Shown in pieces: positions 62,365 through 64,000 of a stretch of 64,000 bases of DNA; the stretch's first letter is position 1, and every line of letters begins with the position of its first letter. The stretch lies in NCBI GenBank assembly GCA_036785375.1, contig JAWMAR010000081.1, positions 3,658,001 through 3,722,000 of the forward strand, read 5' to 3'. The notes under the pieces were generated by a model, which saw nothing but the letters and a program-made list of their open reading frames with translations, searched no databases and was not told the DNA's origin. Position numbers and translations under genes: made by a program. The stretch comes from Leucoraja ocellata (taxonomy: Eukaryota).

Positions 62365-62790
62365 ATAGATACATAGAAAATAGGTGCAGGAGTAGGCCAT
62401 TCGGCCCTTCGAGCCTGCACCACCATTCAATATGATCATGGCTGATCATCCAACTCAGTATCCCGTGCAGGCAAATGTGCGGTTTAATTTGGCATCATGG
62501 CTGGCTTCTTGTGGTCTGAAGGGCCAGTTACTGTGCTGTACTGCCATACCCCCTGATCCCTTTAGCCACAAGGGCCACATCTAACTCCCTCTTAAATATA
62601 GCCAATGAACTAGCCTCAACTACCCTCTGTGGCAGAGAGTTCCAGAGATTCACCACTCTCTGTGTGAAAAATGTTTTTCTCATCTCGGTCTTAAAGGATT
62701 TCCCCCTTATCCTTAAGCTGTGACCCCTTGTCCTGGACTTCCCCAACATCAGGAACGATCTTCCGGCATCTAGCCTGTCCAACCCCTTAA
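62365..62790 (-). mobile_element. Young CR1 3' end containing a templated 79-nt insertion
   Basis: DRLDAGRSF...FFTQRVVNLWNSLP...KGIRGYG, same subfamily as 48082-48490. Confidence 0.9.
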
Positions 62791-63074
62791 GAGGTTTGCT
62801 GCAGTTTCAAGGCTTATACAGTATTGTTAAAGGAAAACCAATATAGCAACCACGCATGCTGTAATATTTTAGTATAGATTTTCACAGTTTATTCTCACAG
62901 TTCGTGGATACAAGATTACAGCAAACGTTCTTGACTGCAATTTTTATAAAAAGGTTTCAAATCTGTATTACTAAATTAGAGGGCAAATAGATGTATATTA
63001 ATTACTGATGTAAAAAGTGGAGTGGTAAACACATTTACACAGCTTTATCCCTCTTTAATTATATGGGAACAACT

Positions 63075-63260
63075 AAAGGGGTTGTCCCACTTGGGCGACC
63101 TAATCCGCTAGTACTGGCGAGTTTGCCCTCGACTCATACTTGCAGCATGGTCGACACGAGGTCCTAGGAGGTCTTTGTAACTCTCCTTCATGCTCGAGAG
63201 TAGTCACCGTGTACTCGACGCTTCAGCTAGGTCGCGGCGTATTTTTCAACAAGTTTCAAA
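63075..63260. mobile_element. One end of the Harbinger-type MITE family
   Basis: taa-aggggttgtcccacttgggcgacctaatcc matches the TIR region of 13912-14407. Confidence 0.65.
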
Positions 63261-63529
63261 TGACCTGTGAGCAGGTTTCCAAAGACTAAAGTCTAAAGTC
63301 TACAGTAAACGGTGGTCAACATAGAACAGTACAGCACAGTAACTGGCCCTTCAGACCACAACAAGCCAGCCATGATGCCAAATTAAACCGCATATTTGCC
63401 TGCACAAGATCTATATCACCCATTTTCTGCCATTTATCTATTTAAAAGCCTCTTAAACATTGTTATTATATCTGCTTCCACTACTTGCCCTGCCAGCATA
63501 TTCCAGGCAACTACAACTTCATGTGAGAA

Positions 63530-64000
63530 ATGTGGGGGGTGGGGGGTGAGTTGGGGGAAACTTTTTCTAATCTTTTACCACGACGGAGATGCAATTTCTT
63601 TCCGCATCGTATCTCCGTCCGCACTGCAGCCTAACATCGAGGAGTTGGCAGCCTTTGCTGGAGACCGATTTCAAGAGCTCCTCCGCGGGTGCCTACAAAC
63701 TTTAACATCGCGGAGCTCGCGATCCCTTTGCCAGGGATCGACCTCTGAGCTCTCCGGTCAGAGGACGACTTCAGGAACTCTACGCCGCAGGAGCATCGAT
63801 CGCTCGAACGTGGGAGCTTCGACTGCCGGCTGCAGGAGCTTCAATCACCCCGACTGCGGATGGTTCGACCGCGGGAGAATATAAAAGGAAGGGGATTGGA
63901 CTTTATTGCCTTCCATCACAGCGAGGAACGTGGGGAATCCGCTGTGGTGGATGTTTATGTTAACTTTCATGTAGTATTGTGTCTTGTTGCTTCTTTTTTT
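63530..64000 (+). mobile_element. GC-rich non-autonomous retroposon running off the window end
   Basis: Reverse complement of much of 5700-6240 (gacggagat...atcgtatctccgtcc, ccttccatcacag). Confidence 0.75.

Overview
AT-rich, repeat-dense vertebrate genomic DNA. It is most likely from a cartilaginous fish (skate or ray), inferred from the HE1/V-SINE, CR1 and Penelope repeat content. Two genes lie tail to tail. On + is a sialyltransferase matching ST3GAL6: seven coding exons resolved by hand (10236-21006) with intact sialylmotifs L, S, III and VS, while the N-terminal transmembrane exons were not securely found. On - is COL8A1: coding exons 35522-35216 and 28855-26922 give 746 aa, with candidate non-coding exons and a TATA promoter near 49.3 kb and 52.0-52.3 kb. 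The rest is intron or intergenic DNA filled with CR1, Rex/Babar, L2, Penelope-like, SINE, Harbinger-MITE, Helitron-like and LTR remnants. Four observations stand out. (1) A family of short, often fold-back Penelope-derived insertions has 14-16 bp target duplications and hammerhead-ribozyme cores. (2) An internally deleted Gypsy element (5-bp TSD, PPT) sits in sense orientation 136 nt from the acceptor of the COL8A1 start-codon exon, and its LTRs carry an NBRE/octamer/AP-1 cluster. (3) A 79-nt inverted, locally templated insertion interrupts a young CR1. (4) COL8A1 has a mix of G1G and G4G helix interruptions. I see no convincing wholly new protein-coding system, and nearly all short ORFs in the track are repeat-derived or chance. 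Repeat boundaries are approximate unless a TSD or terminus is quoted.
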